Assembly (NCBI GenBank): GCA_043228905.1 | Contig: JBHGNT010000005.1 | Location: 14,136,001 to 14,200,000 of the forward strand | Direction: 5' to 3' | Source of the DNA: Azolla caroliniana | Lineage: Eukaryota > Plantae > Polypodiophyta | Length of the DNA: 64,000 bases | In this document: positions 1-12,420 of the stretch, in pieces | Layout: each line of letters opens with the position of its first letter | Numbering within the stretch: position 1 is the stretch's first letter | Translations under genes and position numbers: made by a program | The notes under the pieces: model-generated | Told to the model about the DNA's origin: nothing | Databases searched by the model: none | The model's input: only the letters and a program-made list of their open reading frames with translations

Positions 1-1008
1 GGGTATACCATTTTTAGTCGAGGGTCGTTTGTTAAGAATTTTTCTAGGATTAGTAGCTTCTTGGTAGTCTTCTTCTTCTTCTTCTCCTTCTTGAGAAGTT
101 GGGTGCCACAGCCATGGCAGCAAAGCTCTGTTAGGGTTAAGTTCTTCTTCTTCTGGGCGTTGCCCGACTCGAACCCGGGGTTGTATCTTCCCCTTTTAAT
201 AGATATATATACTTTGTCTTCTCTTCATCTTGGTGTAGGGTGCGTTGTCTCTGTTTTTTGTTAGGGTTTTGGTGCGTTCTGTGTGCGTGCGTAGGTGGTG
301 TGTTCGGTTGTGGCAGATGGCGTGTGGACTGTCTGTGCTTTCCCCGAGTTCTTGCTTGCTGGCTTTTAGCACTCCGCTATCTGGCATTTTTGCGAGTGTG
401 TGTGTAGGTACTGGCTTCTGTCGCTTATACAGAGCCTACACACTAGGTGGTTCGCTTGCAGGTCTCCCTCCTTGGCGCGCAAGACCCCACTCGGTTCAAC
501 GAGCCCATGTGCTCCCCGAAGGCGGCTTGGCACTGGAGGCGGTCATTCTGGAAGAGGTGTGCCTGGACGAGGGTCCCGTTACGTGGATGAGCCTAAGAGC
601 TCCTCGACCGGCCCTAGGATGCAAGCTCCTTCTCTTCCTCCGCGTGGAACTGGCATCTCAACTAGTGGTGCATGTGTAGGTGTGTGTGTGTCTCCAGTTA
701 ACGTAGGGTCCGAGAGCGGGTGCGTGTGTGGTCGCCGGTGTAGAGGTGCCGGTTGTATTCAGGTATGTATAAGTGTGTGTGTGTGTGCCGGTTAATTGGG
801 CCGTGTCCCGTGCCTCTTTTGGGCCCCTTGTACATACGGACGAAAGGGGTGGCAAGCGCAAGGACGCGTTCTCTCGCTTCCCGTGGGGTTACCGCTCACG
901 TCCGGAGAGTAACCAGGATCGAACTAGCTGTCAACGCGGCAAGCCCCGGAGGATTCGGGTCCCCGACAACTCCTCCCCTTTTGGTGGTGGTCCCGCCCGG
1001 ATCCGACA
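1..1008 (-). mobile_element. Probable LTR/terminal part of a retroelement inserted into the copia gag; runs off the left window edge
   Basis: Ends in ...ggatccgaca (TGTCGG on the minus strand) exactly where copia gag homology begins; contains (GT)n tracts; no convincing protein. The other end is not visible. Confidence 0.35.
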
Positions 1009-3342
1009 TGCAAGCGCGGAATACCACGACAACGGCTGCACGTAAGCTCCAACTCCGACAGGGGCTAAATAGTATTCAAGAGAGGGAGATGTCAATCGAC
1101 ACCTACACCTTGAAGTTCATGGAGTTGTGTGATGCCCTCGGGTCGATTAATGTTTTCATCGACGATGATAAAATGATGCAAATATGCCTTGGAGGCTTGG
1201 CACCTCGAATCAGCGCAACAAGGTCGACCGTTCTCGCGAGAGAGAATCCTCCCTCCTTCTTCGATCTCCAATCGATATTGCTGATCGAAGAAAATCATGT
1301 TCAACAAAGGAACAACTCACATGATGGTCAGATGCTCTATTCAAACCTCGTTGGAGGAAGAGGACAAGGTTAAGGAAATAGAGGCCGATTCGGACGAGGC
1401 CGACACAACGAAGAGCAACCCCGTGAACACAACTTCTACTACTGACAAGACGTGTCAAACACGCAAGGCGGAGGGTCTAGAAGAAGGGGGAGCCATCCGG
1501 CCAGACCAAGCAACCGTAACAGCCTGATCAAATGCGGGTACTATGGAAAACTCGGCCACTACGAAGAGGAGTGCCGAAAGAAGAAGCGAGACTCCGCTTC
1601 GACCAATCAACAACGACTACGACAAACGTAGTAGAATGTTCACGATGAGGCACAAAGCGTACTCAATGGCGACACAAGGTGAAACAAGCACCACACCCTC
1701 ACATAATGTATGGTTCGTTGACTCGGGAGCATCCAATCATATGACATCTTATGAAGATTGGTTCCGAGAATTACGAAAACCCAAACGTCTCGGATACGTC
1801 GAAACAAGTGATGACACGACTCATTCAATACGGCATACCGGGAACATCCCATTCGGAAACGATGACAAACAAACGTACCTCAAAAACTTCCTGCATGTCC
1901 CAACTATCATGAAAAACCTAGTCTTGGTCTGCCAGATTGTCGAACAAGGCATGCAATTATGATTCAACATTGACGGATGCTTCATTGAAAAAGAAGATCG
2001 AGTCGTAGCTCACGACCGTCGAGAAGGTCAAATGTTTATCCTCGAGTTGAGCGAGGTGAAGTCCGTTATGTTTGCTAATGGCATCAAAGTCGAAACTGAC
2101 TTGAAACTATGGCACAAGCGAATTGGCTACATCAACCTCTTGAAGCTCCAGAATATGTAATCAAAAGGAGTCGTAATCGGACTCTGGAACTTTACCAAGA
2201 AGGAGATTGCGGGCGTGTGCGAGGCGTGCCAGTTCGGAAAACAACGCCAACATCCATTTCCACCTGAGCGGAATGTGAGCAAAGGGATCGTGAATGTCGT
2301 ACATTCAGATGTATGGGGTCCGACACAAACAACCACATTCGACGGATGCAGATATTATGTCACGTTCATCGACGACTTCTCCAGGCACACCTGGTTCTAC
2401 TCGATGAAACACAAGAGAGAAGTGTTCAGCCACTTCCAAAGGTTCAAAAATGAAGTCGAAAAGGCTACGAGACGACACGTACGATGTCTTCATCAGATGG
2501 AGACAAAGAATACTTCTCAGACAAATTTACGACGTATCTCTGAAAGGAAGGAATTCGACGAGAATTCTCATGCTGGCACACACCGCAACAAAACAACGTA
2601 GCCAAGCGGAAAAATTGGCACATAGTAGAGGTTTCATGGGTGATGATGAACAAGAAGAACTTGCCAAAATCATATTGCGCAGACGCGGCTAACACAACCG
2701 TATACATCAGGGGTACAAGACATAACCACATATGAGATGTTCTTCAGAAAGAAGCCTGGGTTATCACATGTGCATACTTTTAGCTCGATCGCCTATGTGC
2801 ATATTCCCGACAAGACTTGACAAAAGCTCGACCCGAAGTCGGAGAAATGTATCCTCGTAGGATACTGCTAGAGAAAAAAGGGTACAAGTGCTATAACCCC
2901 TCAACTCGAAAAGCTTGAGTAAGCCGAGACGTCATTTTCGACGAGTCCGCATCTTGGTACGCACTAGAGATAACTTCGACTCTGATTCCGCTCGACCCGG
3001 AATCCACCGAAATAGAGATAGAAGACGAAGATTGGTTCACGCACATGTTCGAAGGAAGCCCGATTATGACAAGGCTTAGTGGGCCTCAAGAGCCGTAAAT
3101 CGCTTCAAAGCACGGCACGTAGCGAAGGGATATGCACAAAAACATGGAGTCCACTACGAAGAGACCTTTGCCCCGGTGGCAAAGATGACAATGGTGCGGA
3201 CTGTGATCACACTCGCAGTAGCGAAAGGGTGCCCCGTCCACCAGATGGACGTCAAGAATGCCTTTCTTCAAGACGAATTGGAAGAGGAGGTGTACATGGT
3301 ACAACCACCCGGCTTTGAATCGTGTACTCATCCAAAAGCCAT

Positions 3343-4473
3343 TGTCGTGTTGTTCTTTACAGACGATATGAAAAATAATGAAATTATTATTTTAGATTAG
3401 CTTAATGGCTTGGTATGAAAAGATAAATATCTTCAACAACTTCTAAAACGCATTTTACTACATATGAAATGAACAACGAAGTATCTAGTTATGTGAGTAT
3501 GAAGTTTGAGAAGATGGGGGAATAGAATTTTAAGATATCCCACATAGACAGGAAAATTTCGGATACAACATTATATAAGCAGACCCAAAACCCATTAGTT
3601 TATATGTGTGTTTGGAGCACAAAATGGTCAAGGAGATCTAGGCTAAAGTGTTTTGGATGAGATCGAATTGCTTAGTACCGTTTTCAGACGGGACCGGCCG
3701 GCACCGGACGGGTCGGATGTGGAAGGATGGGACCGGACCGGATGGATGTGGAAGGATCGGTTGGGATGGAAGAATCATGCACGACCCATTTTGGGACGGG
3801 ACTGGCCGGCACCGGACGAATCCAGACAGATTGGTCAGAACCGGATGGACGGATGCGGACCGGACGGGTCGGATGTGGAAGGATTGGTTGGGATGGATGG
3901 ATCATGCACGGGCTGAACTTTACGGATGTGGAAGGATCATGCAGCCGAATTAAAGTAAAGTAAACTAAAGGTCATGTGGACGCATGCAACTAAATGTGGA
4001 GGCCATTAAACTAAAGTAAAGGTCATGTGTGGACGCATGCAACTGGATGGGAGATGCAAACTAGAGTTTCTTCATGCAAGTGTGGTAACATGCAATTGAA
4101 GGGGGAAAAGAGGAGAGATAATTTTTTTTTCCTTAGAGGTAGATGGAAAGGAAAAATAGAGGACTCAAGAAAACCTAACCCTAATTTTCTTATCGAAGCC
4201 ATCTTTTGAATAAACCCTAATTTTTTTTTCTTATCGAAGCCATATCTCCGTTAATCTGCTAATCTATTACTCTATTAATCTCCTTAACCGAAACTTCTGG
4301 AATCCCAATCTCGGGATAGATTGTAATTTTCCTTTTTCTTTGCTAATGAAATTGATCAAACTTACTCATTTCCGTTAATTCTTAAATTACAAATGCACAA
4401 ATCTAGTATCCTCTGGTCGGAGGCCCCTGGGTCCTGCCTCAAGTTCACGTGTCTCTGTCGTATCTTCACGACA
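3343..4473. mobile_element. Solo LTR (TGTCGTG...CACGACA) inserted in the copia RT
   Basis: 7-bp terminal inverted repeat. The host frame HPKA|VCRLKK resumes on either side. Flanks CCAT and TTGT are both derivable from CCGT by methyl-C deamination. Confidence 0.8.
3685..3945 (+). repeat. Purine-rich degenerate tandem repeats (GGACCGG / GGATGTGGAAGGAT units) inside the solo LTR
   Basis: GGATGTGGAAGGAT occurs four times, and gggacc/tggccggcaccggacg twice. Confidence 0.75.
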
Positions 4474-5899
4474 TTGTGTGCCGACTCAAGAAGTTGATCA
4501 ATGGTCTTAAGCAAGCACCGTGTGCTTGGCATTCAAAGATCGCGCAATATCTTCACCAAATCGGATTTCGAATGTCAAAATCGGACAACTCCATGTACAT
4601 CCAAAACGAGTCGAACAACCCGATTGTCATCATCCTATACGTGGATGATTTGGTCATCGGAGGACTAAATCTAGCTGAAGTCGATATGATGAAATCACTC
4701 CTATCCGGCAAATTTGAAATGAAAGATATGCAGGAGCTCCATTACTTCCTTGGCATCGAAGTAATTCGGACACCAGTGGGGATCCTGATCTCTCAACGAC
4801 ACTACGTTCTCAACTTACTCTACAAGTTCGGAATGACCGAGTGCAAACCTTTGTCTACTCCTTTTGACCGTAATCTCAAGCTCGATGTCGATGCTGGCAC
4901 AACTGAGTGCGAGACAACTCAGTATCGCCAACTGATCGCCAACCTCATCTACCTAACCATCACATGACCTGAACTCAGCTATTCTGTCGGCCTACTTAGA
5001 CAATTCATGTAGAATCCATGAAATCTCCATCTCGATTGCACTAAGAGGATACTATGGTATGTCAGTGGTACGATGGATTATGGCATTATGTACAAGTTGA
5101 ATACGTTTATTCAACTCGAAGGGTACACAAACGTGGACTGGGGCGGATATAAGGACGATAGATGATCGACATCCGTATTCGTCTTCTCCCTCGGCAACAG
5201 AGCGATCTCGTGGAGCAGCAAGAAGCAACTGACAGTTGCAATGTCGAGCACGAAGGCTGAATACAGGGGCACAACAATCGCTGCATGCGAAGCCGTATGG
5301 CTGAACCGCGTACTAAAGGATCTGGGCTTACCCATCAAAGATCCGATTTGCTTATACTACGACAACATGAGTTGTATCTACCGGGCTCGCAACCTCGTAT
5401 TTCACGTGTGGACTAAACACATCAAAGTGCACTACCACTTCATTCATGAGTGTGTTTAGCCCGGCGAAATTGATCTACAACACATCAATATGCACCTTCA
5501 AGTTGTTGATATCTCTACGAAGGCCTTAGGTATCGACAAGCTCGGGAAATTCGTATCCGACCTTGGTCTCTTGATATCCACATTGTCGAGCTTGAGGGGG
5601 AGTACAACAGGCGACACGGAAGCAACCGATAAGCAGCCAACACGGAAGTAGCCGAACAAGAGTTCGGATGAGTAGGATTACGAGAGCCGGAAGCGAATTC
5701 ATTCGAATCGAAGTACTTCAAAGACCGAACGAAAACAACATTTTGACAAATGGAAGTTGTGTTCGAAGGGGTGTGTTCCCATAGAGATAGGTTTCACACT
5801 AGCTCATGGATACACCATGCTAGTTTTGTAAATAGTTGAAAGGGCACTTGCCCTAGCCTAGCTGGTATTTAAACCAACCCTTTGTAACTTAGTTGTTGT

Positions 5900-6227
5900 T
5901 GGAAGTTATCACCGACCTTCCCGACATTGAGGGATTCAATTCAATATTGGTGGTGGTTGATAGGTTCACAAAGATGGCGCATTTTATTCCATGTTCTAAA
6001 GCAATTTCAGGGATGGAAACAACAGATCTATTGTTAATGAATATTGTGCACCTTCATGGTTTACCGGATGACGTTATTTCTGATCGCGGTCCCCAATTTA
6101 TATCTCATTTATGGAAACCCCTCTTCCAAACTCTTGGAACTTCCATAAAATTTTCGACAGCCTTCCATCCTGAGACAAAAGGCCAAACAGAACAAGTAAA
6201 TCAGATCCTAGAGCAATATCTCCGATG
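5900..6227 (+). pseudogene. Ty3/gypsy (chromovirus-type) integrase core fragment
   Basis: ITDLP...ILVVVDRFTKMAHFIPC...HGLPDDVISDRGPQF...AFHPETKGQTEQVNQILEQYLR. Confidence 0.88.
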
Positions 6228-6231
6228 TGTC

Positions 6232-6300
6232 ATGATATGGCAAGACTAGAACCCGTAACCTTATGTTACCTGGGTTGGACTCTTGACCATTATACCATCT
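6232..6300 (-). promoter_or_regulatory. tRNA-like Pol III type-2 promoter (A and B boxes) at the start of the LTR, antisense to the element
   Basis: Minus strand reads TGGTATAATGGT (A box from 6297) ... GGTTCTAGTC (B box, T54 at 6251). The 46-nt spacing equals the canonical tRNA 8-to-54 distance. Confidence 0.6.
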
Positions 6301-9300
6301 ATTGTAATATGAAAAATATTATGTTCATTTAAATTTTATTATAGAAAATTGATGATGTATATTCCAGATTTCTCTGGAACATTCTAGAAACTTCAGGAGT
6401 ACTCATGAGAACACTATAAAAGGAGGCACAAGGCATTATTTCAAACAAAATCGGTTCAACGCCATTCTTAAGCCTCCTAGCCTTCCTTGTATATTCTTCT
6501 GACATAACATATCACTGTCATCATCATTTTCTCTCTCTTTCACTCTCTCTCACACACACACACTCTCTCTCTCTCTCTCCTTCTCTCGAATGTTCTATAC
6601 CTCTATTCCTCTTAGTATTAATATTCCTCTTTTAGTACTAATTTCTTCTCTGTCTCAGTACTATTCCTAATAGTTTGAACCGATTTAGCCTCCTCCTTCC
6701 GTCTCCTCCTTTCCTCCTTTTCCTTTTATCTTCTTACATATGCCCTTTTTTCCAGTCTTCTTTCCGGTTTCCCTCATCTTCTTACCCCTTTTTCCCCTTC
6801 ATACTAATCCTCTTATCCTCCCTAGTAAAATGGAAACTGTTAGCGCTTAGGAATACCAATCTGTTTTCTCGGAGCTCCAGTGCTTAAAAGAGAAATTTGT
6901 AGCACTAGAACAAGAAAATCACTGTTTGTTGGGGGATCTTCAACAAATAGCGCTGGAAAAACAACAACACGGGGAGCTGACATTACGTGTACAACAACTT
7001 GAAGTGATTATTGTATCACTACAACAACAAGGATCAAGCACTCAAGGGATTCACAAAGAACCCAAGATTGGTCTTCCTGCAAAATTTGATGGGACCCGAT
7101 CACAATTTAGAGGTTTTCTGAATCAGGTACATTTAGTGATTCAAATGCATCCTTCTCGATATCCCACCGATGCATCACGAGTGGGACTAGTAGGCACTCT
7201 ACTTAGTGGCTCAACATTGGCATGGTTCGCTCCATTGTTAGAAAAGGAATCTCCATTACTAAACCATTTTGAAGAATTTGTAAGCGAGTTTAAAGCCTGT
7301 TTTGGAGATACTAACAACATAAGGACATCAATCAACAAAATTTGACGATTACGCCAAGTTGATCATCCAGCCTCCGCATACGTTGTAGATTTCCGCCTAC
7401 TGGCCGCCGATATCCCTTGGGATGATCAAGCATTGCTGGAGCAATTTCGTTATGGTTTACACAACAATGTCAAGGATTTACTATTGACCTTCCCCGAAGA
7501 ACCAAAGTCATTAACAGAAGCAATTAGTCGTGCAGTGAGATGCGACAACCGCCTTTTCGAACGACATTCGGAATGGCAATTCCAGATGCCTAGGGCAAGA
7601 TCAAAGCCCACCTACGCCTCAATGGTAGCGAAACCTTTTCCGAGGGAGTCATGTAATGCATCTCCAGTGAATACTCTAACTCCGATGGAGATTGACACTA
7701 CACGTCGTCGTGGACCATTATCGGAAGAAGAAAAGCAACGACGTCGAGCAAATCGACTATGTCTTTATTGCGGTGGACTAGAGCATATTGCAGTAAATTG
7801 TCCCCATAGGCCAAGAGGACAGGTAAACCAAATAGTTGCTAGTTCTAATTGTACTAAACACGAGTCTATTTTAGTAGGAATATCTGATAGTCCTAATAGT
7901 ACTAATAGCCCAAATCTAGGGAACAAATTTGATGTCCTTAGTTAGTTAGAAGAAGAGTTAAACGACTAAGTCCAGTCAAAATAGGAATTGTTTGGTTAGA
8001 CAACCCTAGATCTGTGCAACCCATTAGTGGTTCCATTCCCTCTAAGCAAGTTAGCAATGTGTTTGTAGCCCAAGTAACAGTTAGTACTAAAAGTACCCCT
8101 CTAGTACATGTCTTAGCACTTCTAGATTCTGGAGCTAATTCTTGCTTCATGTGTAGGAATTTTGCCCAAGCTCATCAGATATCTCTCAGAAAACTCTCGT
8201 GTCCAGCCTCTGTAGTAGTCATTGATGGTCGTCCCATTGCCTCTGGAATTATCATAGAATAGTCAGAGCCCGTTAATATTGTCCTAGATAATCTAGCGTT
8301 TGTAGTATCATTTAATATAATTAGTATCCCAGAACATCCCATTGTTTTAGGATTACCATGGTTTGAATTACATAACCCAGACATAGATTGGAGAACAAAA
8401 GAAATCTGGTATCGACAAGCCCAAGGATCTACTCATAAAATTGCAACCATTTCGCTACATCAGTTGCGGGAAGAAGGACGCAAGGAAGATTTAATGTTTC
8501 TCTTCGCAGTATCAGTAAAACCCTTTGACACCACTAAAGAGGAGTCCACCATTCAACTTCCAAAGAAGTATCATCATTATGCCGATGTGTTCGATAAAGT
8601 ATAAGCCAATACGCTTCCTCACCATCGACCGTATGACTGCCCCATCGATTTACAACCGGGGAAAGAGCCACCATGGGGACCGATCTACAATTTCTTACCA
8701 ACCGAGCTAGAAGTCCTTCGAGCCTATATAGAAGAGAATTTGGAAAATGGTTTCATTTGGCACTTGGAATCTCCAGCCGGCGCACCCATTTTCTTCGTCA
8801 AGAAAAAGGATGGATCACTTCGTCTCGTTGTAGATTACCGTGGCTTGAATAAGGTCACCATCAGAAATAGGTATGCACTTCCCATTATCTCAAGTCTTTT
8901 AGAACGGATCAATAGTGCAAGGTTCTTCATGAAGATCGACTTATGGGGAGCATATAACCTCGTACGGATTCGACCAGGAGATGAATGGAAGACCGCATTG
9001 TGCACCAGATATGGGCACTCCAACAGTCTTCCAACACATGGCAAATGATAATTCCAAGATCTCTTGGATGTTTGTTTGATCATCCATTTGGATGATCTAC
9101 TGGTTTATTCGAAGACCCAAGAAGAGCATGATTCTCATGTATTGTTAGTACTAAAACGACTTCGAGAACATGGTCTTTATGCAAAGCTAGAAAAATGTAG
9201 TTTCGGGTGCAACCATGTGGAATTTCTGGGCTATGTCATCTCCTCGGAAGGCATCTCCTCGAAAGGTCAAAACGGTGGTAGAGTGGCAAACTCCACGTTC

Positions 9301-9480
9301 GTTGTGAGATGTGCAATGCTTTTTAGGTTTTGCCAATTTCTACCGTAGGTTTATACAGGATTACTCAAAGCTTGTTCTGCCTCTCACACAACTTAGTAAG
9401 AAGGGACAATCGTTCCTTTGGTTTGAAGAAGCGGACATGGCTTTTGAGAATCTTAAGAAGGAATTTACATTGGCTCCTAC

Positions 9481-9951
9481 TGTCAAGACTGAGAGAGAGA
9501 GAGAGAGAGAGAAAGAGATAGAGAGATAATTGAAAGAGAATTATTATATTGAAGCGTAAAATGGATTACAAAGAGTAGGCTACAAAATGGCGTTGAACCA
9601 ATTTAAGTTTGGGATGGGTGGTAGATCCCTATTTATAAGTAATAGAGAACTCTCTAGAATATTCTAGGTTATCCTAGAATGTAGAGTAATCTAGAAGATC
9701 TCTAGAGTATTCTAGAAGGTTCTAGTGGTATAGAACACTCTAGAATATTCTAGGTCATTCTAGAATGTAGAGTAATATAGAATATTCCTATGATATTAGA
9801 TTTCATATTCTAGAGACTATACATATAAGAATATTAATACAATGGTTAAGGATTTGACATGTGTACAACAAGGTCGTGGGTTCAAATCCTTTCGAGTCAT
9901 AATGTGAGTGTCATGATCCTTTCGATGCATGATGTGACTGTTATCATGACA
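9481..9951 (-). mobile_element. Solo LTR related to the 6228 LTR, with 5-bp TSD CCTAC
   Basis: TGTCA...TGACA ends, with CCTAC on both sides. Its reverse complement starts TGTCATGATA and shares GGTTCAACGCCATT with the 6228 LTR. Confidence 0.9.
9830..9895 (+). promoter_or_regulatory. tRNA-like A/B boxes within the solo LTR, antisense to the LTR
   Basis: TAATACAATGGT at 9835 and GGTTCAAATCC (T54 at 9881), 46-nt spacing. Confidence 0.6.
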
Positions 9952-10371
9952 CCTACTCTAGCTCACGTTGATCCGGAAAAAACATTCATCATGGAAGCGA
10001 ATGTGTCGGATTTCGCATTGGGTAGAATTTTGTCACAATAAGGTAATGATGAAAAGCTACATTCTCTGGCTTTCCACTCACGTAAGTTTGACGCCGCCGA
10101 AATCAACTATGAAATTCATGATAAGGAGCTATTAGCAATAGTGGACTCTTTTACGCAATGGAGGCATTTTCTAGAGGGATCCTCTCATCAAGTCACCGTA
10201 TTCAGTGATCACAAAAACCTTGCCTACTTTTAGAGTGCTCGTGTGTTAAATTGACGTCAAGCTCGGTGGGCTCAATTCCTCACGCGTTTTGACTTCAAAT
10301 TTACATATCGTCCGTGGAAACACGAAGGAAAGGCAGATGCATTATCACGACTTTCGTATCTAGCACCACGT

Positions 10372-12420
10372 TGTCGTGTTGTTATGCTCTTGCGTATGAA
10401 ATAAGGCGGGATTGCGGGGGCCCTGAACCGAGGAGCGTGAGAGATGAGAGGGAGAGAGAGATTCACAGAAACACAGAGAGACAGAAACAAGAGAATCAAT
10501 TCCAATAACAGTATAGATTATAGAGCTTGCAATGTTACAACCGGCAAGTCGGTGACAGACGAACACGCGCACTGAAATTCACAGTGGAGCCTCTACCGGA
10601 AGCACGCGGGATTTCATGCAAGAGAGGCAACCAACTTAACCCAGATCCCTGTAGAAACAACAACGGTGGTGGAGGAGAGAGCTCAGTTCCTAGTCTGACA
10701 TCACCTCATCCTCTCAGAAATACGTGATCCCTACTCAGGCCCTTTTCCTCTCCTTTTATAGCACCAGGAGAGAGTCGTTTACAGACTGTTAAATCATTGT
10801 TATTCTCTGTCCTTTTGGACAAAGATCCTCTTCGATTCCCTACTTAATGAATTAGTGCTACCTAGGATAATTACATCGCCGGCTTGTACTTAACTATGTA
10901 TGTAAATATATCAAAACATGTTCTCGTGAGTAAGTGTCAGTTCACGCACACCATCCACCGATTCCTCCTAGGGACGGTTTTCTCCACAACATTCGCCCCC
11001 ACCTAACCGTGCATCCTCTGGTATGCGCCAGAATAGACTTCTGCCAGAGAAGACTGGCCCGTGATTATCTTTCGCTCTCCAGTTCGTCACCCGCTCCAAA
11101 CCAGTCATCCTTGCCATCCATGCCCTGTGGGTCCGGTTCGTCCTCGTGCCACTTCTTGAACGCCTTGATCCTCTTCACGGCCACTGGCACAACTATTCTC
11201 GTTCCGTCGAGCTCCCCAAGGTGGTAGGTGCCATTGTTGTTGGCGCTTGTCACCGCATAAGGCCCGAACCACCTCCTCGCAAACTTCTACATCGCCTTGT
11301 GCTGGTTGTTGAGGCTGCTGTCGTAGACCAAAACCCAGTCTCTTTCCTCGATTTTCCTTGGTCGTAGCTGGTGAGTCCGGTCCAATCGCCCCTTGTTCTT
11401 TGTCCTTGTTGCCCGTAGCTTCGTCGTTGCTCGTTCCATGTCTTCACTTGAGCTGTCAGATTCGCGCCACTAACAGCTCCTCTCGGCTCATCTCATTTCT
11501 CCAGTCCACCGCGGCCCACGAGGAGATCGTTCTCTCCATCGGCATGATCGGCTTTTGCCTGTACATCAGCTCCGTCGGCATGAACCCGGTTATCGAGCTT
11601 TGCGTAGTTTTGTTTGCCCACAATGCGTAGGGTAGGAGCCGCGGCCAATTCCCGACCTGGCCTCCGCAAGCCCATACCAACGCCTTTACGATTGGCCCGT
11701 GTCCACGTTCCAGCTTCCCCTCTGCGTCCAGATTGTACACCGTAGTGAACGAGTGTTTAACCCCTAACCGCTCAAACAACTCTTCGGCCTCTTGTACATC
11801 CAATTCTCCACGGTCTGCTACGATCTTCCCTATGCACCTGTACCGACACACCACCTCCTCGATTAGGAACCGGCATATGGCCGCGATCGTCTTTGTCGGT
11901 AATGCTCGGCCCTCCACTTGGCTCGTCCGATCTTCTCGTGCTAGCACTAGGTACCGCATCTGCTCTACCCCCATCGACATCATCACCAGATCCACCATCC
12001 ACTTGAAGTGGACGGTTGGCGGGTAAGTCGGGTGCAGCTCGTCCGGATGTCGGACTATGGAATGCATCTGATAGCTTTCGCAAGTCGTTACAAACCGATG
12101 CACGTCCCGGTATAGTCCCGACCACTAGTACTTCTCCTTCAGCTTCTCAAACGTGGCCCATGTCCCCCGGTGTCCGGCCCAAGGACTCTCGTGGCACGCC
12201 GTTAGCAATGCTTCCTGCTCCTCCTTCCTTGCCACCACCCGGAGTGGGACTCCGTCTCGCTTCTTCGGGTGCTTCCATATGCTTCCGTCCCGCAGGAAGA
12301 ATCGATACGCTTTCTTCCGGATCCGGTTAGCCTCTTCCCTTGTCCACGCCGCTCCCGGCGTCATCGTCTTCAAGAACCCACCGATCTGGAGCCACTCCCC
12401 GTTGTACTTCCTCTCTAAAT
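10372..12420 (-). mobile_element. 3' part of a non-chromovirus Ty3/gypsy element: 3' LTR (~10372-10950) and integrase
   Basis: The LTR begins TGTCGTG. Minus-strand integrase has an HHCC region (CHESPWAGHRG...VTTCESYQ), core IVADRGE...GKLERGH, and a GPY-type tail (SANNNGTYHLGELDG). Truncated at ~12420. Confidence 0.85.

Larger units (their letters stand above)
1020..5750 (+). mobile_element. Degenerate Ty1/copia retrotransposon internal region (gag, protease, integrase, RT, RNase H), interrupted by a solo LTR at 3343-4473
   Basis: Gag ARKLQLRQ.../PSFFDLQSILL; protease WFVDSGASNHMT; integrase CEACQFGKQ...VHSDVWGP; RT HQMDVKNAFL and ILYVDDL; RNase H SSTKAEY...TKHIKVHYHF. Copia domain order. Many stops and frameshifts, and a deletion near 3120. 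Confidence 0.93.
6228..10371 (+). mobile_element. Degenerate Ty3/gypsy chromovirus (Tcn1/Tf1-like): 5' LTR ~6228-6665, gag, protease, RT, RNase H; 3'-truncated by the next insertion
   Basis: The LTR starts TGTCATGA. Gag EPKIGLPAKFDG, PMEID and the zinc knuckle CLYCGGLEHIAVNC; protease LLDSGANSCF; RT APIFFVKKKDGSLRLVVDYRGLN and HLDDLLVY; RNase H DFALG...[12 protein letters not shown]. The lineage is assigned by motif resemblance. Confidence 0.9.

Noticed and set aside
160-182. B-box-like GGTTCGAGTC on the minus strand
   Set aside because: No matching A box at tRNA spacing.
3648-3963. Overlapping ORFs in several frames
   Set aside because: By-products of stop-poor tandem repeats in an LTR; the same applies to 46890-47553, 51815-52192 and 54003-54271.
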